Below the pieces are notes generated by a model. The model searched no databases. It saw nothing but the letters and a program-made list of their open reading frames with translations, and had not been told where the DNA came from. The position numbers were made by a program, and so were the translations under genes. From NCBI GenBank assembly GCA_965198235.1, contig OZ240248.1:1280001-1344000 (forward strand): a stretch of 64,000 bases of DNA, in the 5' to 3' direction. Each line of letters begins with the position of its first letter. The first letter of the stretch is position 1. The DNA is from Candidatus Poribacteria bacterium (lineage in GTDB: Bacteria > Poribacteria > WGA-4E > WGA-3G). Shown one piece after another: positions 18,620 to 29,476 of the stretch.

Positions 18620-20605
18620 ATGAGATATATCTGGCGTTTCATCCTGATAATAACGGGTTTCTTGATACTGGCTCTGAGCGCGCCAAACGAAATCACTTAT
18701 CCTGCTAGCGAAACTGGCATGGCCTATAAGATGAAGTATATCCAGAGCGCGCTTGGCGAGAATATGTCCATCCAGGTTAAATTCTTCCGATCCGAGTTCA
18801 CTTTATCTGCGGGTGGCTTTCTCATGTCGTTAGCCGCTTTATTTGTCGGCATGATTCTGATAACCCCCTCGGCCCGGAAATGCCTTAAGTCGCTTATCCG
18901 CCAGCCTCGGCGGCTGACTCTTCTGCTTCTCGCTTTGGGATATCAACTCTTCACGTTGAAGCCAAGTGAGAAAGGCTGGCCAATTGTGTTATACCTCACG
19001 CTTGGAACAGCGGGGATAACGATGATATTCGTCGGTGCCTCATCCCTGGTGGACACTTTAATCTTTCAGCTGAGAAGTCTAGGACAAAAGATTGAGCGAT
19101 GGTTCTATGGGATGCCAGCTGGGACGCTGCTCGCGTCACTTTTCGCCCTGGTCTTCACCGCAACAAATCTGGGTTCTTATTTCCTTTTCGAGCACATACC
19201 CCACGTCGCAGACAGCGTTGACCAAGTCTTCCATGCCAAGATATTTCTTCTCGGCAGACTCACGGTTCCATCGCCTGAACCCAGAGAACTCTTCGACTTC
19301 ACACTCATGATTAACAATGGCAGGTGGTACTCCCAGTATCCGCCGGGACAGACCCTCTTACTGAGTCTCGGTCACATTCTTCACGCCCCCTGGATTATTA
19401 ACCCTTTGCTTGGATCCCTCTGCATCGTTCTGCTCTATTTCATCGGGAAAGAAATATACTCTGAAAGAATAGGAAGGCTGGCCGCACTCCTGGGTGCTTT
19501 GTCACCGTTCTTGGTCTTCATGTCGTCTGAGTATATGAACCATACACCCACACTCTTCTTCTTCGAGCTTTTCCTGCTCGGATTTGTGCGTATGGTAAAG
19601 AGACTCAGGACAAGGGACGCTTTACTGGCTGGGGTTGCTCTGGGATATGTGGTCAACATGCGCCCACTGACGGCTGTTGCTATTGGCATTCCGTTTCTTA
19701 TCTATGCCATATCCAAACTTGTTATGCTGTTTATGACATCGAGGAAGGAATCCTTTCGCTTTACAGGGCTCTGCTTCACGGCACTGGCAATGTTCGGAGT
19801 GATGTTCGGAGGACTCCTCACGTTCAACTATCTCACGAACGGCGATCCGCTGACCTTCGGGTACCACGTCCTGCATGGCACGGATCATGATCCCGGCTTT
19901 GGTCATAGTGCCTGGGGTGAACCTCATACACCCCGGCGGGGTCTCATCCAGACCCTCAACAACCTGAATGCCTTGAACAAGTTTCTCTTTGAGCTTCCGA
20001 TTCCATCTCTGATCTTCGTTTTCCTTGCATTCGTCTCTTTAAAAGCAAATACCTGGGATTGGCTTCTCATAGGTTATGCCTCGTCGCTGATACTTGCCTA
20101 CTTTACCTACTGGCATCAGGACTGGTGTTTGGGTCCCCGGGTTCTGTTTTCATCAACTGCTGCCTTCGTTCTGCTCACCGCACGTGGAATAGCCGCCGTG
20201 CCAGATATTGTCCACAACCTCTTCGGTATCGTCGATAAGAGCAGAGTGAAAGGTTACATTGCCATTCTCCTCATAGCCTGCTTTTGCCTGGGGTTCGCAT
20301 CGAACATACCGAGTCTGTTGAGAGTCTACTCGGACGGCTACTGGGGCGCAAACGCGCAGATTCTGAAAGCCGTCAAAAAGATGCAGATAGACAACGCCAT
20401 CGTGTTCGTCAGATCAGAGAGGCCTATGGGGTATAGAAGTGTATTTCCACAGAACCATCCGCTTTTGAAATCCGATGTTATCTATGCAAGGTTTCTCGAC
20501 GAGAGAAAGAATGCCGAGCTGATGAGGCAGTTTACCGACAGAAAGTTCTACATAGCAGACGGACCTTCTATTACGGAGTATCCGGTCAAGGCACCCACAC
20601 GCTAA
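18620..20605 (+). CDS. GT-C fold (ArnT/PMT-like) membrane glycosyltransferase
   Basis: Many hydrophobic helices; PHVADS, YSQYPPG, NMRP and GPR motifs. Confidence 0.7.
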   Translation: MRYIWRFILIITGFLILALSAPNEITYPASETGMAYKMKYIQSALGENMSIQVKFFRSEFTLSAGGFLMSLAALFVGMILITPSARKCLKSLIRQPRRLTLLLLALGYQLFTLKPSEKGWPIVLYLTLGTAGITMIFVGASSLVDTLIFQLRSLGQKIERWFYGMPAGTLLASLFALVFTATNLGSYFLFEHIPHVADSVDQVFHAKIFLLGRLTVPSPEPRELFDFTLMINNGRWYSQYPPGQTLLLSLGHILHAPWIINPLLGSLCIVLLYFIGKEIYSERIGRLAALLGALSPFLVFMSSEYMNHTPTLFFFELFLLGFVRMVKRLRTRDALLAGVALGYVVNMRPLTAVAIGIPFLIYAISKLVMLFMTSRKESFRFTGLCFTALAMFGVMFGGLLTFNYLTNGDPLTFGYHVLHGTDHDPGFGHSAWGEPHTPRRGLIQTLNNLNALNKFLFELPIPSLIFVFLAFVSLKANTWDWLLIGYASSLILAYFTYWHQDWCLGPRVLFSSTAAFVLLTARGIAAVPDIVHNLFGIVDKSRVKGYIAILLIACFCLGFASNIPSLLRVYSDGYWGANAQILKAVKKMQIDNAIVFVRSERPMGYRSVFPQNHPLLKSDVIYARFLDERKNAELMRQFTDRKFYIADGPSITEYPVKAPTR

Positions 20606-20685
20606 AGCGTGGGGAAACCTATGCTTCGTAGCAGTCAGCCTTCCGAGGAAGGACTTACATCTGCTCCACAGAGGGAGAAAATTTC

Positions 20686-22137
20686 ATGGACAATAACAGG
20701 AGTTCGACCCTACTATTTTTTGACGATTGGTACCTGCATCGCCGGGAAAACCTCGTCCGTCATGTCGGACGTCCTCAATTAGTAACTGAGGGGATATTTA
20801 TAGACCCTCATCTCGATGCTTCCTGGGGCTATCCAACTGTCTTTGTAGACGCCAATACCGGTCGCTGGCGGTGTCTGTATCAGGGTCAACTCGAGACTCA
20901 ATACACAAGGCGAGGCCGTCGGATGCAGCACGTCGCGGTAGCCGTCGAAAGCGATGACGGCGTCAGATGGGAGATTGAAGACCTATCGGATAAAATACAA
21001 ATCCCAGATCGTGCTTGTTCTCACCAGGTCCTTCCTCTTGAAGGGTTCGGCGAATGGGGCCCGTGTTTCTTTGATGCCCATACGGATAACGCCGCTGAGC
21101 GGATTAAGGCTTTTGTCAGTTCTAGTAACCTCAAAAAAGGCTCCCAAAGACACTCTCCTTTGTACGTTTCACCCGATGGTTTATCCTGGAAACTCATCGA
21201 AGATGCTCGGTGGCACCCATTTGGAATAGACCCGGCGGTATCGGGTTTCTGGAACCCTATCCGGGGTAGCTACGTTATTGCAGCAAGGCCGAAAGGGGGA
21301 GATCGCCGGATCTCGGTTTATGAAACCAAGGATTGGCGTACCTTCTCCCACCCCGAGGTGGCTCTCCGGACCGATGCCCAGGATACGCCAGCCTCTGAGG
21401 TCTATGGTATGCCCGTTTTCCCCTATGAGGGCATATTTGTCGGATTCCTGTGGATATACCAAGTGTCCCCTATTGTTGACAGCCCGGGTAAGTACATACA
21501 TGGAAAGGTGCGGTGCCAACTCGCTTACAGTTATAATGGGTTGCACTTCCAGCGAGCCCTCAGAGAGCCGTTTTTACCCAACGCCGAGCCAGGTGAATTC
21601 GGGTATGGGTGTATCTACCCATCGAGTATGGTCATGACTGAAGACAAAAAGATCAGGATCTATTCCAGTGCCTCAAAGGGAGAACATGCCCAGATCCACG
21701 CACGTCCGGATCTAGGGGAGGGAGCAATATTAACCCACGAGTTAAGGCTCGATGGATTTTCCTATTTTGAACCCCAAGGGGGTCCAGGATCTTTTACGAC
21801 GCGGCTGTTCTTCTTCCACGGTGAAAAACTCACCCTCAACGTCCAGGCCCCTCAGGGGGAGGTCCGGGTTCAGATAACAGATCCAGATGGCAAACCTCAC
21901 CCAGGGTATACCTTTGAAGATTGCATACCCTTTACGGGTGATGATCTTTTTTGGGAACCAAAGTGGAAGAATCACCCATCCGTCTCAGAATTTATGGAGA
22001 AGGTGGTGCGGCTCGAGGTAAAACTCTTCAACGGCAGGATCTACAGCATCCGCGGTAATTTTATCCCCATTCGGAGCGGAGATTACCGGGGATTCAAAGA
22101 TCAGGGCATACCCCCAAATCCAATGTATGAGCATTGA
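20686..22137 (+). CDS. Beta-propeller glycoside hydrolase-like protein
   Basis: LFFDD, SDDGVRW/SPDGLSW repeats, LRLDGF followed by a C-terminal beta domain. Confidence 0.6.
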   Translation: MDNNRSSTLLFFDDWYLHRRENLVRHVGRPQLVTEGIFIDPHLDASWGYPTVFVDANTGRWRCLYQGQLETQYTRRGRRMQHVAVAVESDDGVRWEIEDLSDKIQIPDRACSHQVLPLEGFGEWGPCFFDAHTDNAAERIKAFVSSSNLKKGSQRHSPLYVSPDGLSWKLIEDARWHPFGIDPAVSGFWNPIRGSYVIAARPKGGDRRISVYETKDWRTFSHPEVALRTDAQDTPASEVYGMPVFPYEGIFVGFLWIYQVSPIVDSPGKYIHGKVRCQLAYSYNGLHFQRALREPFLPNAEPGEFGYGCIYPSSMVMTEDKKIRIYSSASKGEHAQIHARPDLGEGAILTHELRLDGFSYFEPQGGPGSFTTRLFFFHGEKLTLNVQAPQGEVRVQITDPDGKPHPGYTFEDCIPFTGDDLFWEPKWKNHPSVSEFMEKVVRLEVKLFNGRIYSIRGNFIPIRSGDYRGFKDQGIPPNPMYEH

Positions 22138-22158
22138 AATGAGGTATCATCATGAGAA

Positions 22159-22217
22159 GTCAAGTACCCAAGTCTAAAGACTTGGGCTTGCGAAAGAGCG
22201 TTTAACTCCAGCAAGCC
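22159..22217 (+). mobile_element. IS200/IS605-type end remnant
   Basis: gtcaagta-cccaagtc-taaa-gacttggg-cttg hairpin; related gtcaaggcacccacacgctaaagcgtgggg at 20585-20614. Confidence 0.5.
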
Positions 22218-22235
22218 AAAGGAGGCTTTCAAATC

Positions 22236-23840
22236 ATGGAAAATAATGAGAAAGAAATTCTATATAATGGCATTCGTCTGCCCGAAGAGTGGCCCCCACG
22301 AAATTTGTCTGACACATCCCTTTCACCTCTCTCAGTACCCTACTTAGAAAATCCCCCGACAGTTATTTACATAGATAAGGGAAGACAACTGTTTGTAGAT
22401 GACTTTCTCATTGAAAATACCAATCTAAGAAGGGATTTTCACAAACCACGCTTATATGAAGATAATCCGGTTTTAAAGCCTGAAACGCAACTGGAGATCA
22501 ATAATGGGAAATATCCGGTTGCCTCTCCGTTTAATGACGGGGTTTTTTATGATGCCGAAGAACAGTTATTTAAAATGTGGTATCATGCTGGATGGTTCGA
22601 TGGTGTGGGTTATGCAATAAGTGAAGATGGCTTACATTGGGATAGACCCATGTTAGATGTAGTGCCAGCGACGAACAGGGTACTTCCGGTAAGGCAAGGA
22701 TATCGGCGAGATGGAGCCGCAGTCTGGTTAGACCCCGAAACAGACGACCCGAATCAAAGGTTTAAAATGTTTGTATATTTCCGTTCTCCTGATGGGGAAG
22801 GCGGGGAAGTTTATACCTCATTTGATGGTATCCACTGGGGGAAGCCAGTCAGAACGGGTCCTTGTGGGGATAATACGACTTTCTTCTATAATGCCTTCAG
22901 GAAAAAGTGGGTTTATAGTATTAGGACCTCGAATCGTACGCTTGGACGCACCCGAAGTTATCGCGAACACGAGGATTTTATCAAAGGCGCTTCATGGAAG
23001 AAGGAAGATGTGGTATTCTGGGCGAGAGCTGATGAACTCGACCCAGCTGACCCTGACCTCGGATACTCACCGCAGCTCTATGACGTTAACGCAGTTGCCT
23101 ATGAGAGCTTGCTTCTGGGCTTGTTTGCAATTTTTAAAGGTCCACCCAATGAGCTCTGTGCCATAGGGGGATTCCCTAAGACTAATGAACTGGTGTTAGG
23201 GTATAGCCGCGATGGTTTCCACTGGCATAGACCTGTTCGCAGTCCTTTTATAGCCGCATCGCGAAAGGAAGGCAGATGGAATAGGGGTTATATTCATGCG
23301 GCGGGTGGTGGATGTTTGGTAGTCAATGATAAGATTTACTTTTATTTTGGCGCCTGGTCGGGAGAGTCACCTACACTCGGTAGACATATGTATGCAGGAG
23401 GTACGACTGGACTCGCAATACTTCGCCGAGACGGTTTTGCTTCCATGAATGCCGGTTTATCTACTGAATCTTTAACAACTAAACCCGTGATATTTAATAA
23501 GGGCAAGCATCTTTTTGTGAATACGAATACAAAAAAGGGTATGCTCCAAGTTGAAATTTTAGACGATCAAGGCAATGAGATTCAGCCATATTCGCATATA
23601 AACTGCGTTCCCATAAGCAAGGATACTACCTGTCAATTAGTAAGGTGGAAAAAAGGAGAAGATTTATCTTCTCTGGCGGGTAAGTCGGTGAAATTTAGGT
23701 TTTATTTAACAAACGGAGAGTTATATTCTTTCTGGGTCAGTCCCGATTTAACAGGCGCCAGCGATGGCTATGTAGCGGCTGGAGGTCCAGGATTTAGCAC
23801 TGCCCTTGATGCCACAATTCCTTCAGTTGATTTGGACTGA
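22236..23840 (+). CDS. Beta-propeller glycoside hydrolase-like protein (GH32-like), related to the upstream gene
   Basis: RQLFVDD, SEDGLHW, SRDGFHW, LRRDGF. Confidence 0.65.
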   Translation: MENNEKEILYNGIRLPEEWPPRNLSDTSLSPLSVPYLENPPTVIYIDKGRQLFVDDFLIENTNLRRDFHKPRLYEDNPVLKPETQLEINNGKYPVASPFNDGVFYDAEEQLFKMWYHAGWFDGVGYAISEDGLHWDRPMLDVVPATNRVLPVRQGYRRDGAAVWLDPETDDPNQRFKMFVYFRSPDGEGGEVYTSFDGIHWGKPVRTGPCGDNTTFFYNAFRKKWVYSIRTSNRTLGRTRSYREHEDFIKGASWKKEDVVFWARADELDPADPDLGYSPQLYDVNAVAYESLLLGLFAIFKGPPNELCAIGGFPKTNELVLGYSRDGFHWHRPVRSPFIAASRKEGRWNRGYIHAAGGGCLVVNDKIYFYFGAWSGESPTLGRHMYAGGTTGLAILRRDGFASMNAGLSTESLTTKPVIFNKGKHLFVNTNTKKGMLQVEILDDQGNEIQPYSHINCVPISKDTTCQLVRWKKGEDLSSLAGKSVKFRFYLTNGELYSFWVSPDLTGASDGYVAAGGPGFSTALDATIPSVDLD

Positions 23841-23931
23841 GATTTTCTATCATTTCCATGCGATAGAGTCAATCACAGTCTTCATTATTTGTCAATGACT
23901 AACTGTCGAACTTCTATCAAAGGAGTAGCGA

Positions 23932-25056
23932 ATGGACACATCATCTATACATTGGAGTCAAACCGACACCGTCGCCCCAGCAAGCCGCGTGCAGGACCTG
24001 CTGCGGCCGGAAGTGCTTCAGGCATTTGACCGCACATTCTTCGAGCGCGAAGGATATTGGGTGTGGGAGGGGATACTGACCGATGCCGGCCGCAAGCGGT
24101 GGACGGAGAGCTTGCAGAAGCTACAGCAGATGAACGATGAGATCGCCATGGACACCGACTGGGCTGCCATCGACTTCGCGGGCCGGGGGCTACAGCCGCC
24201 GTTGCCGGAGCAAATCACCCCGGAGTTTTTGGCAACGTGTTGCGGGGGCTCAGAGCAGATGCGCTTCATGCCACGAGGACTGAATCAATACATGCGCGAC
24301 CCCGGGCTGTTCGGCCCAGGTCCTGCGTTGGTGACACGCGGGTACGAGTCGCAGGGAGTCATGCCGGAACATTTCTCGATTGGATACGACGACTTCATCA
24401 GGGATGTCGCCACCGCCCACCCTCAAATGATGGCGCTATTCAGCAAACTTTTCGGTGATCGCTTCATACTCGACCACTGCAACATGCTCAACCGGACCCC
24501 GGGCTCAATAGGGCGGCGGTGGCATGCTCACCAGTATCGGCAGGGGCAGTACGAGGTCGAAGATCCTATCGGTACCGGAGACGCCCTGACCCCCGAGTTT
24601 CTGCAACGGCAGTGTATTCGGACGCTCTGCTACCCAGAAGGTGCAACCCTCGAGGAGGGTGGGGAACTTGGGGTCATCCCGGGCGCTCATCTCTACCGCA
24701 TTCCGTACAAATGGAACACCGAGCGACCCGATGATGACACCGCCATGAAAGCGGGCTGGCTGAAGGGAAAGATCCACGCCTTCACCGGCAAGCCGTTGGA
24801 AATGGTACGCTTCTCGCTACCGCCCGGGAGCATGGTCTCGTTTCCCCATCACATGCCACATCATGTCGGCCATCGCAAGCCAGGAACCCCGACCCGATGG
24901 GGCTTGCTGATAGCGTATCGGACACCAGACCCCGACGCAAGCCCGGCCAAATGGACAAATGGCATACCTGCCCATTGGGTGGAACGGGCCGCGGCGGAAG
25001 GAAGGCTCTCCTCTGCGGCACGCCGAGTGCTTGAGGCGGACAATCCCCTCGACTGA
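23932..25056 (+). CDS. PhyH-like 2-oxoglutarate/Fe(II) dioxygenase family protein
   Basis: FEREGY, RRWHAH, GELGVIPGAH, PGSMVSF...H, TRWGL. Confidence 0.6.
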   Translation: MDTSSIHWSQTDTVAPASRVQDLLRPEVLQAFDRTFFEREGYWVWEGILTDAGRKRWTESLQKLQQMNDEIAMDTDWAAIDFAGRGLQPPLPEQITPEFLATCCGGSEQMRFMPRGLNQYMRDPGLFGPGPALVTRGYESQGVMPEHFSIGYDDFIRDVATAHPQMMALFSKLFGDRFILDHCNMLNRTPGSIGRRWHAHQYRQGQYEVEDPIGTGDALTPEFLQRQCIRTLCYPEGATLEEGGELGVIPGAHLYRIPYKWNTERPDDDTAMKAGWLKGKIHAFTGKPLEMVRFSLPPGSMVSFPHHMPHHVGHRKPGTPTRWGLLIAYRTPDPDASPAKWTNGIPAHWVERAAAEGRLSSAARRVLEADNPLD

Positions 25057-25197
25057 TTGGACATTTCAAATGGACAAAATCCGGCTTCAGCCAAAGCGTT
25101 ATGACTGACTTTGGTAGCAAAGCGCCACCCCCTACCAAGACGACCGACGGTTGGGAAATCAGGAAAGAGAATAGGGAGTTTTACTGCACCCTGACAG

Positions 25198-27159
25198 ATG
25201 AACAAGTCAAAACGGTTCGATACTTACTTAAACCCCACGAGCAAATCTGTTGGCATATCATCGCGGGCAGTTCTCATTGGGCTAGTCTGTGCCGCCGGGG
25301 AATGTATGATTGCGCCTTACAATGATTACGTGATTCGCAATGTCTTTCTCGCTGGCGGTCATTTTCCTGTCGGTCCATTTTTTGTCCTGACCATCCTCGT
25401 GCTGATTGGCAACCGCATCTTGAGCGCAGTTTCTCCCAAACTCGCACTGTCGGCGGGTGAATTGGTGACGATCTGGTGTATCATGGCAGCCGCCTCCGGC
25501 ATTCCTTCGACAGGCATGATGAGATATGCGTTTCGCCCGCTTGTCGCCTACCAGTATTTTGCAACACCCGAAAATGATTGGGAAGCACTTTTCCATCAAT
25601 ATATTCCCCACTGGCGCGTTGTTCGTGATGAGAATGCTATCAAATCCTTTTATGAAGGCATCTTTTTGGGGGAATCCATCCCCTGGGGGGCATGGCTGAT
25701 ACCTCTATTCGCTTGGACACTTTACGTGTTTGTCCTCTACTTCGTTGTGATATGCCTCTCGGTGCTGCTGCGCAGACAATGGGTCGAGATTGAGCGGTGT
25801 AGCTTTCCGCTGGTTGTGTTGCCTGTGGAGATGGCAAACAACCCGCCGGGAGCGAGAAATTCACTCTTCAGGAACAGAGCATTATGGGTCGGATTTGCCG
25901 TTCCCCTATGCATTCACACGTTGAACGGCCTTCATGCGTTCTTCCCTGGCGTGCCGGAATTTCCCGTCCGATTCAATCCCCATCCCTACTTAATTGAAAA
26001 TCCTTGGAGTGCACTGAGACCTTTGCAACTCAACTTGTATTGTTCGATAGTGGGGTTCAGCTATTTACTGCCGCTTGAGGTGTCGTTTAGCCTGTGGTTT
26101 TTCTTTCTATTCTTCAAACTCCAATGTCTTATCGGCTCGATGCTCGGTTTCCAAATCACCAAAGGTCCAGGCGTGCAGTGGAACGCGTATTCGTTCAGCG
26201 CTTCTCAGGAAATCGGTGCGTGCCTCACCTTTGTCATCTGCACCCTTTTCATAGCACGGCATCACATCAGAAGTATGCTTGTCAGTGCCTTTCGCAAAAG
26301 CGATGACTCAAACGAGGCGATGCCCTCTGGTTTGACAATTACCGGTCTCGTCGGCGGGATATTGCTGCTGGCGTTTGCAAATCATCTGATGGGAATGTCG
26401 TTGGGATTCGCACTGCTTTTTGTGCTGGTGCTTCTAGGAATTTACATTGTCTTGACATGGCAAGTCATCCACGGAGGAATTCCTTTTGTCAATCCTTCGT
26501 ATTCAGCGCATTACGTTCTCTTTACCACGCTGGGGTCGGCGAGAATCAATCCTTCAACCCTGACATCGCTGTTTATGCATCCGGTCTCTCTCACGCGCGA
26601 CTTGAGGGAGATTATGATGCCGTATGTGGCAAACGGTCTCAAGGCGGCCGATGACGTCAAGGTCAGACGGAGGGGGCTGTTAATAGGTATGGGCGCGGCG
26701 ATGGTTATCGGAACCCTTGTCTCATATTATTCCGTCCTCAAGGTCAGCTATGCACATCGTGCGCCGTACACAGGGGGGGCGGGCGACATGCGGTGGCTGA
26801 CTTCTCTGCTCGTTAGCGCCGAGACCGGGACGGACTGGACGAACACAGGTTTTATGGTCGGAGGCAGCCTTTTCATGGGGCTGTTGATGTGGCTGAGAAG
26901 GGTTTTCGTGTGGTGGCCGCTTCATCCAATCGGGTATACAATGCTTAGTTCTTGGGCCTCATTAAAGCTGTGGCCCTCAATCTTTCTAGGCTGGATGATG
27001 AAGTATATTCTCGTCAGGTACGGGGGATTGAGAATGTATCGAGGGGCGAGGCCGATATTCCTTGGGCTTGTGCTTGGCGAGATGACCTGCGCTGGAATCT
27101 GGGCACTTGTTGGAATGGCAACGGGCGTCAGCACGGGTTATCGAATCTTGCTTAGTTAA
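25198..27159 (+). CDS. Polytopic membrane protein, putative transporter (DUF6785/DUF6784-like)
   Basis: LRRQWVEIER..FPL, WWPLHPIGY and PIFLGLVLGE; many transmembrane segments. Confidence 0.65.
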   Translation: MNKSKRFDTYLNPTSKSVGISSRAVLIGLVCAAGECMIAPYNDYVIRNVFLAGGHFPVGPFFVLTILVLIGNRILSAVSPKLALSAGELVTIWCIMAAASGIPSTGMMRYAFRPLVAYQYFATPENDWEALFHQYIPHWRVVRDENAIKSFYEGIFLGESIPWGAWLIPLFAWTLYVFVLYFVVICLSVLLRRQWVEIERCSFPLVVLPVEMANNPPGARNSLFRNRALWVGFAVPLCIHTLNGLHAFFPGVPEFPVRFNPHPYLIENPWSALRPLQLNLYCSIVGFSYLLPLEVSFSLWFFFLFFKLQCLIGSMLGFQITKGPGVQWNAYSFSASQEIGACLTFVICTLFIARHHIRSMLVSAFRKSDDSNEAMPSGLTITGLVGGILLLAFANHLMGMSLGFALLFVLVLLGIYIVLTWQVIHGGIPFVNPSYSAHYVLFTTLGSARINPSTLTSLFMHPVSLTRDLREIMMPYVANGLKAADDVKVRRRGLLIGMGAAMVIGTLVSYYSVLKVSYAHRAPYTGGAGDMRWLTSLLVSAETGTDWTNTGFMVGGSLFMGLLMWLRRVFVWWPLHPIGYTMLSSWASLKLWPSIFLGWMMKYILVRYGGLRMYRGARPIFLGLVLGEMTCAGIWALVGMATGVSTGYRILLS

Positions 27160-27232
27160 AATGACTAAAATGCCCGGCGAAGGCGACATTGACACTCAGC
27201 ACAATCGGGGTCAGGTGTGCGGTAAAAAGATC

Positions 27233-27661
27233 ATGATGACACCCATGACAACCAAACAGACCAAACCAACCGTCCACACAGATGAAATCTTTGAGATGCA
27301 GGATCTCTTTGAATCGGAGCGCATCCCGAACATCGGGGTGGCGACCGACGGTGCCGCCCTGGCCTTTGCGAGGACAGGACGCCTGCTCCGCCGCAGTGAG
27401 GACGGCGGTCAGACCTGGAGTCCGATTCAGGAGGTTGGACAGGATGCCGGGGGCAGTGCTGTCATCGACGAAAATAGTGGAGATGTGATGGTCGTTCACG
27501 CCAGGGCCGGCCACCTGTGGCGCAGCCACGACCCTGGCAAGACATGGGAGAGAGAGACGATCTCCCCCAAGCCAAATGCGGTGGGACACGGGACGCCGGA
27601 CGCGGTTCCCGCGCAAACAGCCTGTTCAGAGTCAGGTGTCACGTTGCTTTATACCGAATAG
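27233..27661 (+). pseudogene. Sialidase/BNR-repeat protein, N-terminal fragment
   Basis: RIP motif and Asp-boxes SEDGGQTW, SHDPGKTW; ends abruptly inside the 3' end of the convergent gene. Confidence 0.6.
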
Positions 27662-28488
27662 AATGCCGCAGCGTTTTCATAAAAGAGCCTATTTTTCTCC
27701 GCGTCCGACGCATCCTCAACAGCCCATGAGAGTGCCGCTACCCATTCCTGATATGTTGCCGCCAAGGTACACACGGGCCAATCACTCCCAAACATCAGCC
27801 GTTCATAGCCGAAAGCCTCTACCAGATGACGGATATATGGCTTCAGTTCCTCACAGGTCCAGTTCTCACTCGCAGTCGTCACAATCCCCGATACCTTGCA
27901 GTGGACGTTTTCAAAGGAGGCGAGTTCGTTTATGTATGTTGCCCACGGCTCGAATTGTCCGCCTTTTATGTCCGGTCCCCCGCAGTGGTTAAGGGCATGC
28001 CGAACGTCCGGTGTCGCCTTGATGAGTTCGATTGCCGCCGGAAGCTGCGCATAATTCGCACAGAGCTCAAAAGAGAGATCAAACTTCGTCAGCAATTTCA
28101 CGCCATTAATCAGTTCAGGCGTAGCGTAGAACTGCGGATCGGGATGATGCCACGCCATTCGACGCACCCCGACGACAAGCCCGAATCCCGTAAGCTGCTC
28201 AAGAATAGCCTCGGCATTCGGCTTTTCAAGAGGTGCCGCCGCCGCTATTGCACCTATCATCCCATCTGTCTCGGATATTTGTGTTAGCCACTCGACCTCC
28301 TTGACGACATCCGCTTCAGCGGGATCCCCTTCAACGTGTACCGATCTGACGACGTTAAGGTCCCCAATCGCCTCACGATAGTCTTCCGCTGTGTATCGCT
28401 TTCCCAATAGGTCGAACCCTTCTAACCAAGGGTATTCCAAATTAGAGGTGTCCCAAAGGTGTTGGTGGGTATCAATTATTCTAAGCAT
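27649..28488 (-). CDS. Amidohydrolase_2 family (L-fuconolactonase-like)
   Basis: IDTHQHLW, LNHCG, CKVSG, FGSDWPV. Confidence 0.85.
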   Translation of the reverse strand: MLRIIDTHQHLWDTSNLEYPWLEGFDLLGKRYTAEDYREAIGDLNVVRSVHVEGDPAEADVVKEVEWLTQISETDGMIGAIAAAAPLEKPNAEAILEQLTGFGLVVGVRRMAWHHPDPQFYATPELINGVKLLTKFDLSFELCANYAQLPAAIELIKATPDVRHALNHCGGPDIKGGQFEPWATYINELASFENVHCKVSGIVTTASENWTCEELKPYIRHLVEAFGYERLMFGSDWPVCTLAATYQEWVAALSWAVEDASDAEKNRLFYENAAAFYSV

Positions 28489-28600
28489 CTATCGCTCCTC
28501 ACCTGAAAATGATTTGAATTTCGTCAGAATATCCTGTATAATTTCTTAACCTAACAGATATTTAACAGCAGCAATAAAACACAATGTGGAGGTGTCTATC

Positions 28601-29296
28601 ATGTTTTTGGGTTTCTTTGATCCGCTCTATTTCGTGTTCCTCGCACCGGGACTTGCACTGTCCCTCTACGCGACGTTTCGCACAAAATCGACATTCTCAA
28701 AATATTCAAAAGTCGGATCGCGTAGCGGGCTGACAGGCGCGCAAGCCGCCGATCTGATGCTAAAAAGACACGGTGTTAGCGACGTACGGATCGAACGTTC
28801 AAGTGGATGGTTAAGTGACCACTATGATCCGGGTCAGAAGGCACTTAGGTTGTCCGACAATGTCTATTCAAGTCAATCGCTTTCCGCAATAGGGGTCGCT
28901 TGCCACGAAGCCGGACATGCGATGCAGGATGCACACGGCTATGCAATGCTAAACCTGCGTACTGCCCTCGTCCCTGCGACGAACTTTAGTTCGATGTTCT
29001 CTTATATCCTGATAATGGTAGGGTTCTTTATTCAACCCTTCCTACTGTTCGGTGTTGGACTCTTTGCGGTAGGTGTCGTCTTTTCGTTGATAACGCTTCC
29101 CGTTGAATGGGATGCAAGCAAACGTGCCAAAGTCGCAATGGCGGAAGCGGGGATGCTCTCGCAAGAAGAGAATCAGCATGCCAGTAAGGTGCTCAACGCC
29201 GCATTTTTGACGTATCTCGCGGCGGCAGTGACAAGCCTCCTTACACTGCTCTACTACCTATTCCGATTGGGATTGTTGGGTGGCGGTGACGAGTAA
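28601..29296 (+). CDS. Neutral zinc metallopeptidase (YugP family)
   Basis: LSDHYDP, ACHEAGHA, TLPVEWDAS, AAFLTY. Confidence 0.9.
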   Translation: MFLGFFDPLYFVFLAPGLALSLYATFRTKSTFSKYSKVGSRSGLTGAQAADLMLKRHGVSDVRIERSSGWLSDHYDPGQKALRLSDNVYSSQSLSAIGVACHEAGHAMQDAHGYAMLNLRTALVPATNFSSMFSYILIMVGFFIQPFLLFGVGLFAVGVVFSLITLPVEWDASKRAKVAMAEAGMLSQEENQHASKVLNAAFLTYLAAAVTSLLTLLYYLFRLGLLGGGDE

Positions 29297-29310
29297 TTAG
29301 ATGGCTGGCA

Positions 29311-29469
29311 ATTTTTTAATTTATGGGCCTTTGAACTGCTCCCCATTTCATTACGGGCAGGTTTTCAGTACGATCCACACGGGTCAGGTTCGCTGAACCC
29401 CTTTCGTACTTAACCAGAAACCACCGCGTAACGTAGTGGAGCGGTGCCCAGGGCCCCATAATTAAAAAA
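29311..29469. repeat. MITE-like element with long imperfect inverted ends (family A)
   Basis: Left ttttttaatttatgggcc...ccatttcattacg; right cgtaacgtagtggagcgg...ccataattaaaaaa; right half nearly identical to the reverse complement of 56241-56306. Confidence 0.7.
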
Positions 29470-29476
29470 ATCGGCT

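Noticed and set aside
25101-25325. 74-aa ORF before the membrane transporter
   Set aside because: Overlaps the larger gene in another frame; no supporting motif.
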